A program made the position numbers and the translations under genes. A DNA stretch of 64,000 nt from Candidatus Hydrogenedentota bacterium (GTDB taxonomy: Bacteria; Hydrogenedentota; Hydrogenedentia; Hydrogenedentales; SLHB01), in NCBI GenBank assembly GCA_963674865.2, contig CAXXYE010000002.1, positions 173,325 to 237,324 of the forward strand. The letters are read 5' to 3'. Within the stretch, counting starts at the first letter, position 1; every line of letters begins with the position of its first letter. This document shows positions 1 through 8,499 of the stretch, piece by piece. Below the pieces are notes generated by a model. The model ran no database searches, was not told the origin of the DNA, and saw nothing but the letters and a program-made list of their open reading frames with translations.

Positions 1-2895
1 GACGTCGAAGCCGCAGGTAAGGTCTTCGAACGTGAGCTCAACAACCTCTACGTCAGCGGCCCCATCGCGAAAGCGGTGATTGCGTGCGACGCCGATTTTG
101 CCAGCAGCGAAGCCGAGGCGCGTAAGACTCTCCGAGCCCAATTCCCACCACAGTCGACGGACATATCGACGGAGGAGTTCTTGCGGACTGCCAAGGCAGC
201 TCTCCTTCTTGCGGGGCGTGATGGCCGTATGCCGTGCACGGTCCTGGTGCTCGACGAGGTACAGCAGTTCATCGGCGATTCCACCGACCGCTCCGTCCTC
301 GTCACTGAAGTTGCAGAGGCGGTCTCCAAGCAACTGGACAGTCATGTGATGGTTGTGGCCGCGGGTCAAAGCGCGCTCACCGACCAGGCCCTGCTCCAAA
401 AGATGCTGGACCGCTTCACCATTCGCGTGCCTCTGTCAGATGCCGAAGTTGAAACGGTTACGCGCAAGGTGCTTCTCCAGAAGAAGCCGTCAGCGGTTGC
501 GGACGTGCACAAGGTCCTTGATGACCATGCCGGCGAGGTCTCCCGGCACCTTCAGGGCACCAAGATTGCCGAACGCACCGAGGACCACAAGGTAATCGCC
601 GAGGACTATCCCCTCCTCCCGGTGCGTCGGCGTTTCTGGGAACAGTGTTTTCGGCAGATTGATGCCGCCGGCACCCACAGTCAGCTTCGATCTCAACTCC
701 GTATCATCCACGACGCCGTGGCCAAGTTGTCGGACAAGGCACTCGGCTCAGTCGTGCCGGCCGACGAACTATACGAGGCTCTGGCGCCGGAGATGATCAA
801 CACCGGCGTACTCCTCCGTGAAATCAACGAGCGCATCATCCAATTGGGTGAAAGCGAGGGGAAGCTGGCCCGGCGTGTGTGTGGACTAGTGTTTCTCATT
901 GGCAAGGTACGCCGGGAGGACACCGGCGACATTGGCGTCCGGGCGTCGAAGGAGCACATTGCCGACCTTCTCGTCGAGGACCTTACCGCGGACAACGGGA
1001 AGCTGCGCGCGGATGTCGAGGAGATCCTCGACAAGCTCACGGCTGACGGTGCCCTTCTGAAAGTCGGTGATGAATACCGGCTCCAGACCCGGGAAGGCAG
1101 CGAATGGGACCAGGAATTCCGCAACCGGCAGACTAAACTGCGCAACGATGCCGCCTCGATCCAGTTCAAGCACGACCAGCTTCTCTATGCCGAACTGGAC
1201 AAAGCCGTTCGGTCCATCAAGCTGCTTCAGGGCGACGCTAGAGAGGCGCGCACTTTGGCCGTGCATCGCGAACAGACTCCACCGCCCAGCGACGGGCAGT
1301 CCATTCCGGTGTGGATTCGTGACGGATGGTCTTGCAAGGAAAAGGAACACGTCGACGCCGCAAGAATCGCCGGCGCGGACAATCCGACCATTTTTGTGTT
1401 TGTGCCGCGCCAATCCGCGGACGACCTAAGGCGGCTCATTGTCGAGGCCGCGGCCGCCCAGGAGACGCTCGACACCAAGGGCAGTCCGACAACGGATGAG
1501 GGTCAGGAGGCGCGGCAGAGCATGGAAAGCCGCCGGGCCCGGGCCGTTACGGAGCGTGACCGGCTCATCCAGGCCGTCGTCGCCAATGCGAAAGTCTTCC
1601 AGGGCGGCGGCAACGAAGTCTTCAGTGTTGAGCTTGTAGACAAACTGCGAGAGGCGGCCGAAGCCAGTCTGGTGCGCTTGTTCCCCCGCTTCAAGGAGGC
1701 GGATTCGAAGGCCTGGCCGTCGGTGATCAAACGCGCCAGGGATGGAGCGGAACATCCTTTCGAACCCACCGGCCACACCGACGCCACCGAAAAGCACCCC
1801 GTGTGCCAGCAGGTGATAGCCAGCATCGGCGCCGGGAACACGGGCAACGAGATTCGAAAACAGTTGCGGAGCAGCCCTTTTGGATGGCCGCAGGACGCCA
1901 TTGACGCGGCGCTCATAGCCCTCCACCGCGTGCAGCACATCAACGCCACGCTGAATGGCGCTCCGGTCGCGCCAGGGCAACTGGATCAGAACAAGATATC
2001 GAAGGCCGAGTTCCGTGTTGAACAGGCCACGCTGTCCGTGCAGGACCGGCTCGTGCTGCGAAAGCTGTACCAGGCGGCGGGCATGACGTGTAAGAGCGGC
2101 GAAGAAGGAACGAAAGCACCCGAGTTCCTGGCCAGAATGCAGGACCTTGCGCGGTCCGCTGGCGGGAGTCCACCCCTTCCCGCGATCTCCGGCACGACGG
2201 ACCTGGAGGACATTGAGAAGCTCGTAGGGAATGAACAACTCGTCGCCATCAAGGATAAGGCGAAGAACATCGAACAACGCATCAAGCAATGGGCGGAGTT
2301 GCGCGACCTGGCGCAGGAGCGGCTGCCGAAATGGGAACTGGCCAATCGTCTGGCGCGGCATGCTCAGGGATTACCGGAAGCAGAACCGCATCGGGAACAA
2401 TTGGATGCGATTCGCGACGGACGCCAATTGCTGGGGGCTTCGGACCCCGTCACGCCCCAGTGTAAGGCGCTTGCGGACCTATTGCGGAAGAAGGTGAAGG
2501 GGCTCCAGGCCGAGCACGAGAAGGCGCACAAACAGGCCCAGGATACGCTCAAGGCCAATGATTCGTGGCAGCAATTGGACGCCACTGAAAAGCAGACCGT
2601 GCTCGGGGAAGTTGGGCTTTCGGATCCCGCGAAACCCGACGTGTCGAGTGACGACAAACTTGCCGGCCACCTCGAGACGAGACCGTTGTCCGCGGCGCAG
2701 GCCGAGATTGCAGCCGTGTCGTCGCGCATGAGTCAGGCCATTCAGAAGGCTGCGAAACGTCTCGAGCCCGAAGTGCAGACCCTTACGCTTGAGAAGGTGA
2801 CGTTGCGGACAGAGGCGGATGTCGATACGTGGCTGGATCGGCAGAAGAAACGCGTACTGGACGCCCTGAAAAAGGGCCCCGTGCTGATTGACTGA
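1..2895 (+). CDS. brxC: BREX system P-loop ATPase BrxC (5'-partial, open from base 1)
   Basis: Frame is open from position 1. Walker B-like LVLDEVQQF, a long helical C-terminus, and position directly upstream of pglX...pglZ-brxL. Confidence 0.85.
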   Translation, partial: DVEAAGKVFERELNNLYVSGPIAKAVIACDADFASSEAEARKTLRAQFPPQSTDISTEEFLRTAKAALLLAGRDGRMPCTVLVLDEVQQFIGDSTDRSVLVTEVAEAVSKQLDSHVMVVAAGQSALTDQALLQKMLDRFTIRVPLSDAEVETVTRKVLLQKKPSAVADVHKVLDDHAGEVSRHLQGTKIAERTEDHKVIAEDYPLLPVRRRFWEQCFRQIDAAGTHSQLRSQLRIIHDAVAKLSDKALGSVVPADELYEALAPEMINTGVLLREINERIIQLGESEGKLARRVCGLVFLIGKVRREDTGDIGVRASKEHIADLLVEDLTADNGKLRADVEEILDKLTADGALLKVGDEYRLQTREGSEWDQEFRNRQTKLRNDAASIQFKHDQLLYAELDKAVRSIKLLQGDAREARTLAVHREQTPPPSDGQSIPVWIRDGWSCKEKEHVDAARIAGADNPTIFVFVPRQSADDLRRLIVEAAAAQETLDTKGSPTTDEGQEARQSMESRRARAVTERDRLIQAVVANAKVFQGGGNEVFSVELVDKLREAAEASLVRLFPRFKEADSKAWPSVIKRARDGAEHPFEPTGHTDATEKHPVCQQVIASIGAGNTGNEIRKQLRSSPFGWPQDAIDAALIALHRVQHINATLNGAPVAPGQLDQNKISKAEFRVEQATLSVQDRLVLRKLYQAAGMTCKSGEEGTKAPEFLARMQDLARSAGGSPPLPAISGTTDLEDIEKLVGNEQLVAIKDKAKNIEQRIKQWAELRDLAQERLPKWELANRLARHAQGLPEAEPHREQLDAIRDGRQLLGASDPVTPQCKALADLLRKKVKGLQAEHEKAHKQAQDTLKANDSWQQLDATEKQTVLGEVGLSDPAKPDVSSDDKLAGHLETRPLSAAQAEIAAVSSRMSQAIQKAAKRLEPEVQTLTLEKVTLRTEADVDTWLDRQKKRVLDALKKGPVLID

Positions 2896-2906
2896 GGGGA
2901 TCTCTA

Positions 2907-5900
2907 ATGGCATCGCTGGACCGCACACTACGACGACAACTGGAAAACACGGTGAAGCAGGCCAGGCGCGTGGCAGAGGCCGGTGCGCGGAAGACCCTGG
3001 AATCGCTAGCCGTTCACCATCACGAGCCTCATTCGAGTATGTCCTCAGAGCAAAGGGCGTTGCGGAACCGGCTGCGCGCCCATGGCCGTCAACTGGGCGA
3101 CCGCCGCGACGAGCGGCGCGGTACTCAAAGCATAGACCGCCTCGTCGGCGAGTGCGCGTACGAGCACTGGCACCGCATGCTTTTTGCCCGGTTTCTCGCC
3201 GAGAACGATCTGCTCATCGAACCGGAGAGTGGTGTTGCTATCACGCTGGAAGAGTGCCGGGAACTGGCGCGTGACCAGGCTCTGGATTGGCTAGAACTCG
3301 CCAGTAGCTATGCCGTCCGCATGCTGCAAGAGGTCTTCCGGGCCGATGACCCCGTGCTCGAAGTAGTGTTGGCGCTTGAGACCCGGTCGGAACTTGAGGA
3401 CTTGCTGAAGTCGCTGCCAAGTGACGTTTTCCTCGCCGATGACAGCCTCGGCTGGTGTTATCAATTCTGGCAGGCGGAACGTAAGGACGAAGTCAACGCC
3501 TCCGGTAACAAGATCGGCGCGGAAGAACTGCCAGCAGTCACGCAGTTGTTCACCGAAGATTACATGGTGGACTTCTTGCTCGATAACACACTCGGTGCAT
3601 GGCACGCGGGCAAGGTTCTCACCGCTAAGCCCGCGCTGGCCGAGACGGCACAGGGCGAGGAGGAACTTCGTGACGCCGCGGCACTGCCTGGATGTCCGTG
3701 GAAGTACTTGCGTTTCATCAAAGGCGAGGATGGCAAGTGGACTCCCGCATCCGGCACCTTCGAAGGTTGGCCAAAGCTAACGCACGAACTCAAGTGCCTC
3801 GACCCGTGCATGGGCAGCGGGCATTTTGTCGTGGCGATGTTTCAAAGATTGGTGGCATTGCGCCTGGGGGAGGAAAGCCTGGACGAAGCGGCGGCGGTGG
3901 CGGCGGTGATCAACGACAACCTGTTCGGTTTGGAGATTGACCCGCGCTGCACACAGATTGGCGCGTTCAACTTGGCGCTGGCGGCGTGGCGGCGCGTGGG
4001 GTATCACCGATTGCCCGCGATGAAAATCGCATGTTCGGGCATCGCACCAAACGCCAAGCGCGAGGATTGGCTGGAACTAACCGAAGAAGCGCCCAATCTG
4101 CGCTTTCAGATGGGCGCGCTATACGACCTGTTTGGGAAAGCCCCCATCCTCGGAAGCCTAATTAATCCGAGCGTTGACGAGGCCGTAACTTACGGCGGCG
4201 CACTACGTGATCTCAAGCCACTTCTGGAAAAGGCGAAATTGCAGGAGACCAAGGATGACACCGAGCATGAAATGGCTGTGACCGCGCACGGCTTGTTCAA
4301 GGCGGCCGAGATTCTCTCCGGCCAGTTTACGCTCGTCACTACCAATGTCCCTTACTTGGGACGTAGAAAGCAGGATCAAGTATTGCAGGACTACTGTGAT
4401 CGAGCTTATGAAGAAGCCAAAGCAGACCTTGCAACATGCTTTGTCCGACGTTGCTTGGAATTTTGTGCCTCAAACGGTAGCGCGGCACTAGTAACACCCC
4501 AGAACTGGCTGTTTCTCAAGACTTACCAGAAGCTCCGGAAGAATCTCTTAAATCAGGCTAAATGGGATTATATTGCTCGGCTTGGCCCAAAGTGCTTTAA
4601 GACTCCGATGTGGGACTTCAACGTAGCGCTCTTGTCACTCACTGCAGATGAGCCACGGGACGAAGACAGGTACTCAGGAATTGACGTCGGAACAGAAAAG
4701 AACCCAGCCCTAAAGGCGAAGAGTCTGGAGTCCAAAACTCCTATCAGTGTCCTGCAAAAGGACCAGCTAAACAACCCAGACTCTCGGATAACGCTGGGTG
4801 AGAATGTAGAAACTGCTCTATTAAAAGTCGTCGCCGGTTCGACCGCAGGAATGTTGACCGGAGATGGAAATCATTTCTGCCGGAGTTTTTGGGAACCGAT
4901 CGAGATTTCGCCGAATTGGGAGTTTCTGCAAAGCACGGTAAGCAAATCTATCCTGTGTGGGGGGCGTTCTCAATTGGTTCTCTGGGAAAATGGCAAGGGC
5001 CAGCTCTATGAGTATGCGGAGAGCGTCAAACACCTCAATACAGCCGTTCAAAGATGGCGCACCGGTCAAGAAGTTTGGGGGAAATGCGGCGTGGTTGTCA
5101 GTTGTATGGGGGGGTTGGATTGCACTTTGTATCAAGGAGATCGTTATGACAACAATGTGGGGGTCATCGTTCCATTCGAGCAATCACACTTGCCAGCTAT
5201 TTGGGCCTTCTGCTCGTCCCCGCAGTTCGCAATTGAACTAAGACGTATCGATCAAAAAGTAAATGTCACGGCGGCTACATTTGTCAAGGTCCCATTCGAC
5301 CTTGCTCATTGGCAGAAAGTAGCAACCGAGCAATATCCAAATGGTCTCGCCGAACCATACTCCAACGATCCGACACAGTGGGTATTCCACGGCCACCCCT
5401 GCGCCAGTGTGCTTTGGAACGAAGAGAAAAAACACATCGAGGTAGCCTCTACTCCTCGCACGGACGTGGCCGTGCTGCAAGTAGCCGTGGCGCGGTTGCT
5501 GGGTTACCGCTGGCCGGCGGAGAAGGACGGCGAGATGCGATTGTCGGCTGAGTCACGCAAGTTGGTGGCCCGGTGCACGGAGTTACACCACTTCGCGGAC
5601 GCCGATGGTATCGTGTGCCTGAGCCCCATCCACAAGGAACATCCCGCCTCTCAACGGTTGACTGAACTTCTTGCCGCAACCTACGGCGAGGATTGGTCCG
5701 CCGCCCGGCTCAATGAACTCCTCGCCGCCGCGGACTGCAAAGGCAAGACCCTCGACGACTGGTTGCGGGACAAGTCTTTCGAACAGCACGTCGGCCTTTT
5801 CCACCACCGTCCCTTCATTTGGCACATCTGGGACGGACTCCTCGACGGCTTCAATGCGCTGGTGAATTACCACAAGCTCGCCGCGCCGAACGGCGAAGGC

Positions 5901-6410
5901 CGGCGCACACTCGAGAAACTCATCTACACCTACCTCGGTGACTGGATAGCACAACAGCGCCGGGACCAACAGGCCGAGGTGGAAGGCGCGGACGCCCGCC
6001 TGGCCGCAGCGCTCCACTTGCAGGACGAACTGAAGAAGATCCTCGAAGGCGAACCGCCTTACGACATCTTCGTCCGCTGGAAGCCGCTGCACGAACAACC
6101 CATTGGCTGGGACCCGGACATCAACGACGGTGTCCGGCTAAACATCCGCCCATTCATGATGGCGCGTCCCCTCAACGCGCGGGCAAAGAACGCCTGCATC
6201 CTCCGCACCACGCCCAAGAACATCAAGTGGAAGAAGGACCGCGGCAAAGAGCCCGAACGCCCCAAAGAAGACTATCCGTGGTTCTGGGGCTGGGATGAGA
6301 AGGCCCAGGATTTCGCTGGCGGCAGCAGATTCGACGGTAATCGCTGGAACGACCTCCACTACACCAACGCATTCAAACAAGCGGCCCGCGACCAGAAGAA
6401 GAAGGGCTAG
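2907..6410 (+). CDS. pglX: BREX N6-adenine DNA methyltransferase PglX
   Basis: TQLFTEDYMV, SAM-binding LDPCMGSGHF and catalytic NVPY motifs; 1167 aa; BREX gene context. Confidence 0.9.
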   Translation: MASLDRTLRRQLENTVKQARRVAEAGARKTLESLAVHHHEPHSSMSSEQRALRNRLRAHGRQLGDRRDERRGTQSIDRLVGECAYEHWHRMLFARFLAENDLLIEPESGVAITLEECRELARDQALDWLELASSYAVRMLQEVFRADDPVLEVVLALETRSELEDLLKSLPSDVFLADDSLGWCYQFWQAERKDEVNASGNKIGAEELPAVTQLFTEDYMVDFLLDNTLGAWHAGKVLTAKPALAETAQGEEELRDAAALPGCPWKYLRFIKGEDGKWTPASGTFEGWPKLTHELKCLDPCMGSGHFVVAMFQRLVALRLGEESLDEAAAVAAVINDNLFGLEIDPRCTQIGAFNLALAAWRRVGYHRLPAMKIACSGIAPNAKREDWLELTEEAPNLRFQMGALYDLFGKAPILGSLINPSVDEAVTYGGALRDLKPLLEKAKLQETKDDTEHEMAVTAHGLFKAAEILSGQFTLVTTNVPYLGRRKQDQVLQDYCDRAYEEAKADLATCFVRRCLEFCASNGSAALVTPQNWLFLKTYQKLRKNLLNQAKWDYIARLGPKCFKTPMWDFNVALLSLTADEPRDEDRYSGIDVGTEKNPALKAKSLESKTPISVLQKDQLNNPDSRITLGENVETALLKVVAGSTAGMLTGDGNHFCRSFWEPIEISPNWEFLQSTVSKSILCGGRSQLVLWENGKGQLYEYAESVKHLNTAVQRWRTGQEVWGKCGVVVSCMGGLDCTLYQGDRYDNNVGVIVPFEQSHLPAIWAFCSSPQFAIELRRIDQKVNVTAATFVKVPFDLAHWQKVATEQYPNGLAEPYSNDPTQWVFHGHPCASVLWNEEKKHIEVASTPRTDVAVLQVAVARLLGYRWPAEKDGEMRLSAESRKLVARCTELHHFADADGIVCLSPIHKEHPASQRLTELLAATYGEDWSAARLNELLAAADCKGKTLDDWLRDKSFEQHVGLFHHRPFIWHIWDGLLDGFNALVNYHKLAAPNGEGRRTLEKLIYTYLGDWIAQQRRDQQAEVEGADARLAAALHLQDELKKILEGEPPYDIFVRWKPLHEQPIGWDPDINDGVRLNIRPFMMARPLNARAKNACILRTTPKNIKWKKDRGKEPERPKEDYPWFWGWDEKAQDFAGGSRFDGNRWNDLHYTNAFKQAARDQKKKG

Positions 6411-6414
6411 GATC

Positions 6415-7260
6415 ATGGCTGAGCAGCGAACAGAAAAGCACGAATTGGCGCGGAACAGTTTGCCCGAAGACTCGGTTCCCGTATTCGATGACCTCGTCGC
6501 CGACTATCGATTTGCTGCCACCAAACACCACGGTTCCCCCTTTGTTTCTTACGTCGTCCTTGCCGACCTAGTGCGTGCCGGCTGGCGGCTAACGGAAGAA
6601 CCGGATGCCGCAAGGAAACAAGCGCGCGCGCTGCAGGAGATGTTCCGAGGGCTTCCTTCCAGCCAAGACTCTGACGAGTTCTTCTACTCCATGGACCGGT
6701 GGGAGAGCATTGCTTCCAGCTATCGCCGCGCTGGAGACTTACTCTGCGATGTGGTACTCAACACCAGTCCCCGCGACACAAGCCTAGTTTTTCCGATTCT
6801 GTTTTGCTACCGCCACTTCCTTGAGGTAAGTCTCAAGGGTCTTATTCAACTTAATGCGGATATTCCAACATCAACGCCTATCAAGGCTCCGATGAGTCAC
6901 CTCCTAGACAAGCTGTGGCATGTGCTGAACGACAATCTATCTGAGAACACGAAGTCCACCACAATGTGGCAAGACGCGACGGTTGAGGATGGCAAGGTGC
7001 TCGCGGGAGTGCAGACCGGCAACGTTCAAGACGATTTGCAACTTCTTAACCATTGGTGTGGCCAGTTTGCGAAAGAAGACCCGACGTCGGATCGCTTTCG
7101 TTACCCGGAAAGTCGGCAAGGCGACCCTTACAAATTTCCACGCCTGCATGACCTTTTCGGTCTCGACGATCTCGACAAACTGAAGTGTGAGATAGACAAG
7201 CTCGGGCAAGCGATTCACAACATAGGATTGGCCATTGCCGGGGAAATCGAATTCGGATGA
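6415..7260 (+). CDS. Hypothetical protein: ~60-aa N-terminal domain fused to a HEPN-like helical domain
   Basis: ATG 4 bp after the pglX stop. C-terminal part has PILFCYRHFLEVSLK...HLLDKLW...DPTSDRFRYP, a pattern resembling HEPN-fold proteins. Confidence 0.55.
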   Translation: MAEQRTEKHELARNSLPEDSVPVFDDLVADYRFAATKHHGSPFVSYVVLADLVRAGWRLTEEPDAARKQARALQEMFRGLPSSQDSDEFFYSMDRWESIASSYRRAGDLLCDVVLNTSPRDTSLVFPILFCYRHFLEVSLKGLIQLNADIPTSTPIKAPMSHLLDKLWHVLNDNLSENTKSTTMWQDATVEDGKVLAGVQTGNVQDDLQLLNHWCGQFAKEDPTSDRFRYPESRQGDPYKFPRLHDLFGLDDLDKLKCEIDKLGQAIHNIGLAIAGEIEFG

Positions 7261-7383
7261 ATACCAGAACGAGACATCCGAGGAGAGGAGCGTTGCGCAT
7301 GACCTGGCAGGCACTAAGAATGACCTGCCCTCTGCCAACGAGCACAAGGAAGTTGTGCATGGCAAGAAGAGGGGTAACTGGCC

Positions 7384-8499
7384 ATGGCTGAAGCTGAACA
7401 AATGCACCTGCTTGCCCCGCCTGAATTACGCGAGCAAATCCGAGAGTTCATTGCAGGTCTTGTTGCGAGCTATGTGCAACCGTCGGCAACGGAGTTGTTG
7501 CATCGTCTCGAAGAGAAACTGGGCTGGACGGTCAGATGGGAACTCGAAGCGGCTCTTGGTGAAATGCAATCCGATACGAAGCTGTCCCGAGCAGTTCGCG
7601 GATATGTCTACGGCCTGTTGGAAAGTGGCGAGGTCGCAGAGGCACTTCGAGGCAAAGATGTGCCTGACCGTGAGACTGCAACGGGCATTGATACTTTGAT
7701 TCAGTCGAGCCGGGACTATCGTGGCTCTGAGGCCTTTGCCGACATGATTACGTTCATGGCCCGCTTTCGCGAGTACGCGCCGTACAATAACATGCTCGTC
7801 AAGGTACAAAACCCCAGCTGCAGCTTCTACGCGCGCGAAAAAGACTGGCGTGAGCGTTTTGACCGTCATTTGAAAGAAGACGCGCGCCCAATGCTGATTC
7901 TTGCTCCGATGCATCCGGTGATGCTGGTCTACGATGTTGACCAGACCGACGGGGCGCCCCTGCCCGAACACCTCACCAAGTTTGCCACTTTCGAGGGTGA
8001 ATTCGAACCGGAGTGGCTCGAACGGATGACAAAGAATGCCGGAAGCTATCGCATACGCGTGGATGTCAAGACACTCTCATCCACGAATGCGGGATTCGCA
8101 ACCGTAGCACGCGGGTCAGGCGACTGGAAGATGCGTATTGCCCTCCACGAAGGCCTCAATCCCCCGAGCCGCCTCGGGGTCCTGTGTCACGAATTGGCCC
8201 ATATTCTTCTCGGGCATCTGGGTACGGACCGTGATCTATGGTGGCCCTGTCGCTCAAACCTCACTCATCAGACCGTTGAGATAGAAGCGGAATCCGTCGC
8301 CTACATTGTAATGTCAAGACTGGGCCTGGACGGCTCCAGTGCAGCATATGTTTCTGGACATCTTAAGGGCGATACCTTGCCGCAGTCGGTGTCACTCGAT
8401 TTGATCGCCAAGGTTGCGGGAGCCATCGAGAAGATGGCCCGCGAAAGCGTGCCGCCGAAGAAACCAAGACCTGAAGCCGGCCGTAGGAGAAATCAATGA
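7384..8499 (+). CDS. ArdC-like ssDNA-binding domain plus ImmA/IrrE-type zinc metallopeptidase
   Basis: F.EYAPYNNMLVKVQNP...W...LILAP...YDVDQT resembles the ArdC N-terminus; LCHELAH (HExxH) with downstream EIEAESVAY. Stop overlaps the pglZ start (ATGA). Confidence 0.75.
   Translation: MAEAEQMHLLAPPELREQIREFIAGLVASYVQPSATELLHRLEEKLGWTVRWELEAALGEMQSDTKLSRAVRGYVYGLLESGEVAEALRGKDVPDRETATGIDTLIQSSRDYRGSEAFADMITFMARFREYAPYNNMLVKVQNPSCSFYAREKDWRERFDRHLKEDARPMLILAPMHPVMLVYDVDQTDGAPLPEHLTKFATFEGEFEPEWLERMTKNAGSYRIRVDVKTLSSTNAGFATVARGSGDWKMRIALHEGLNPPSRLGVLCHELAHILLGHLGTDRDLWWPCRSNLTHQTVEIEAESVAYIVMSRLGLDGSSAAYVSGHLKGDTLPQSVSLDLIAKVAGAIEKMARESVPPKKPRPEAGRRRNQ

Noticed and set aside
7257..7392. Short ORF bridging the HEPN-like and ArdC-like genes (ATGA overlap)
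   Set aside because: About 44 codons with no recognisable features; cannot be supported from sequence alone.
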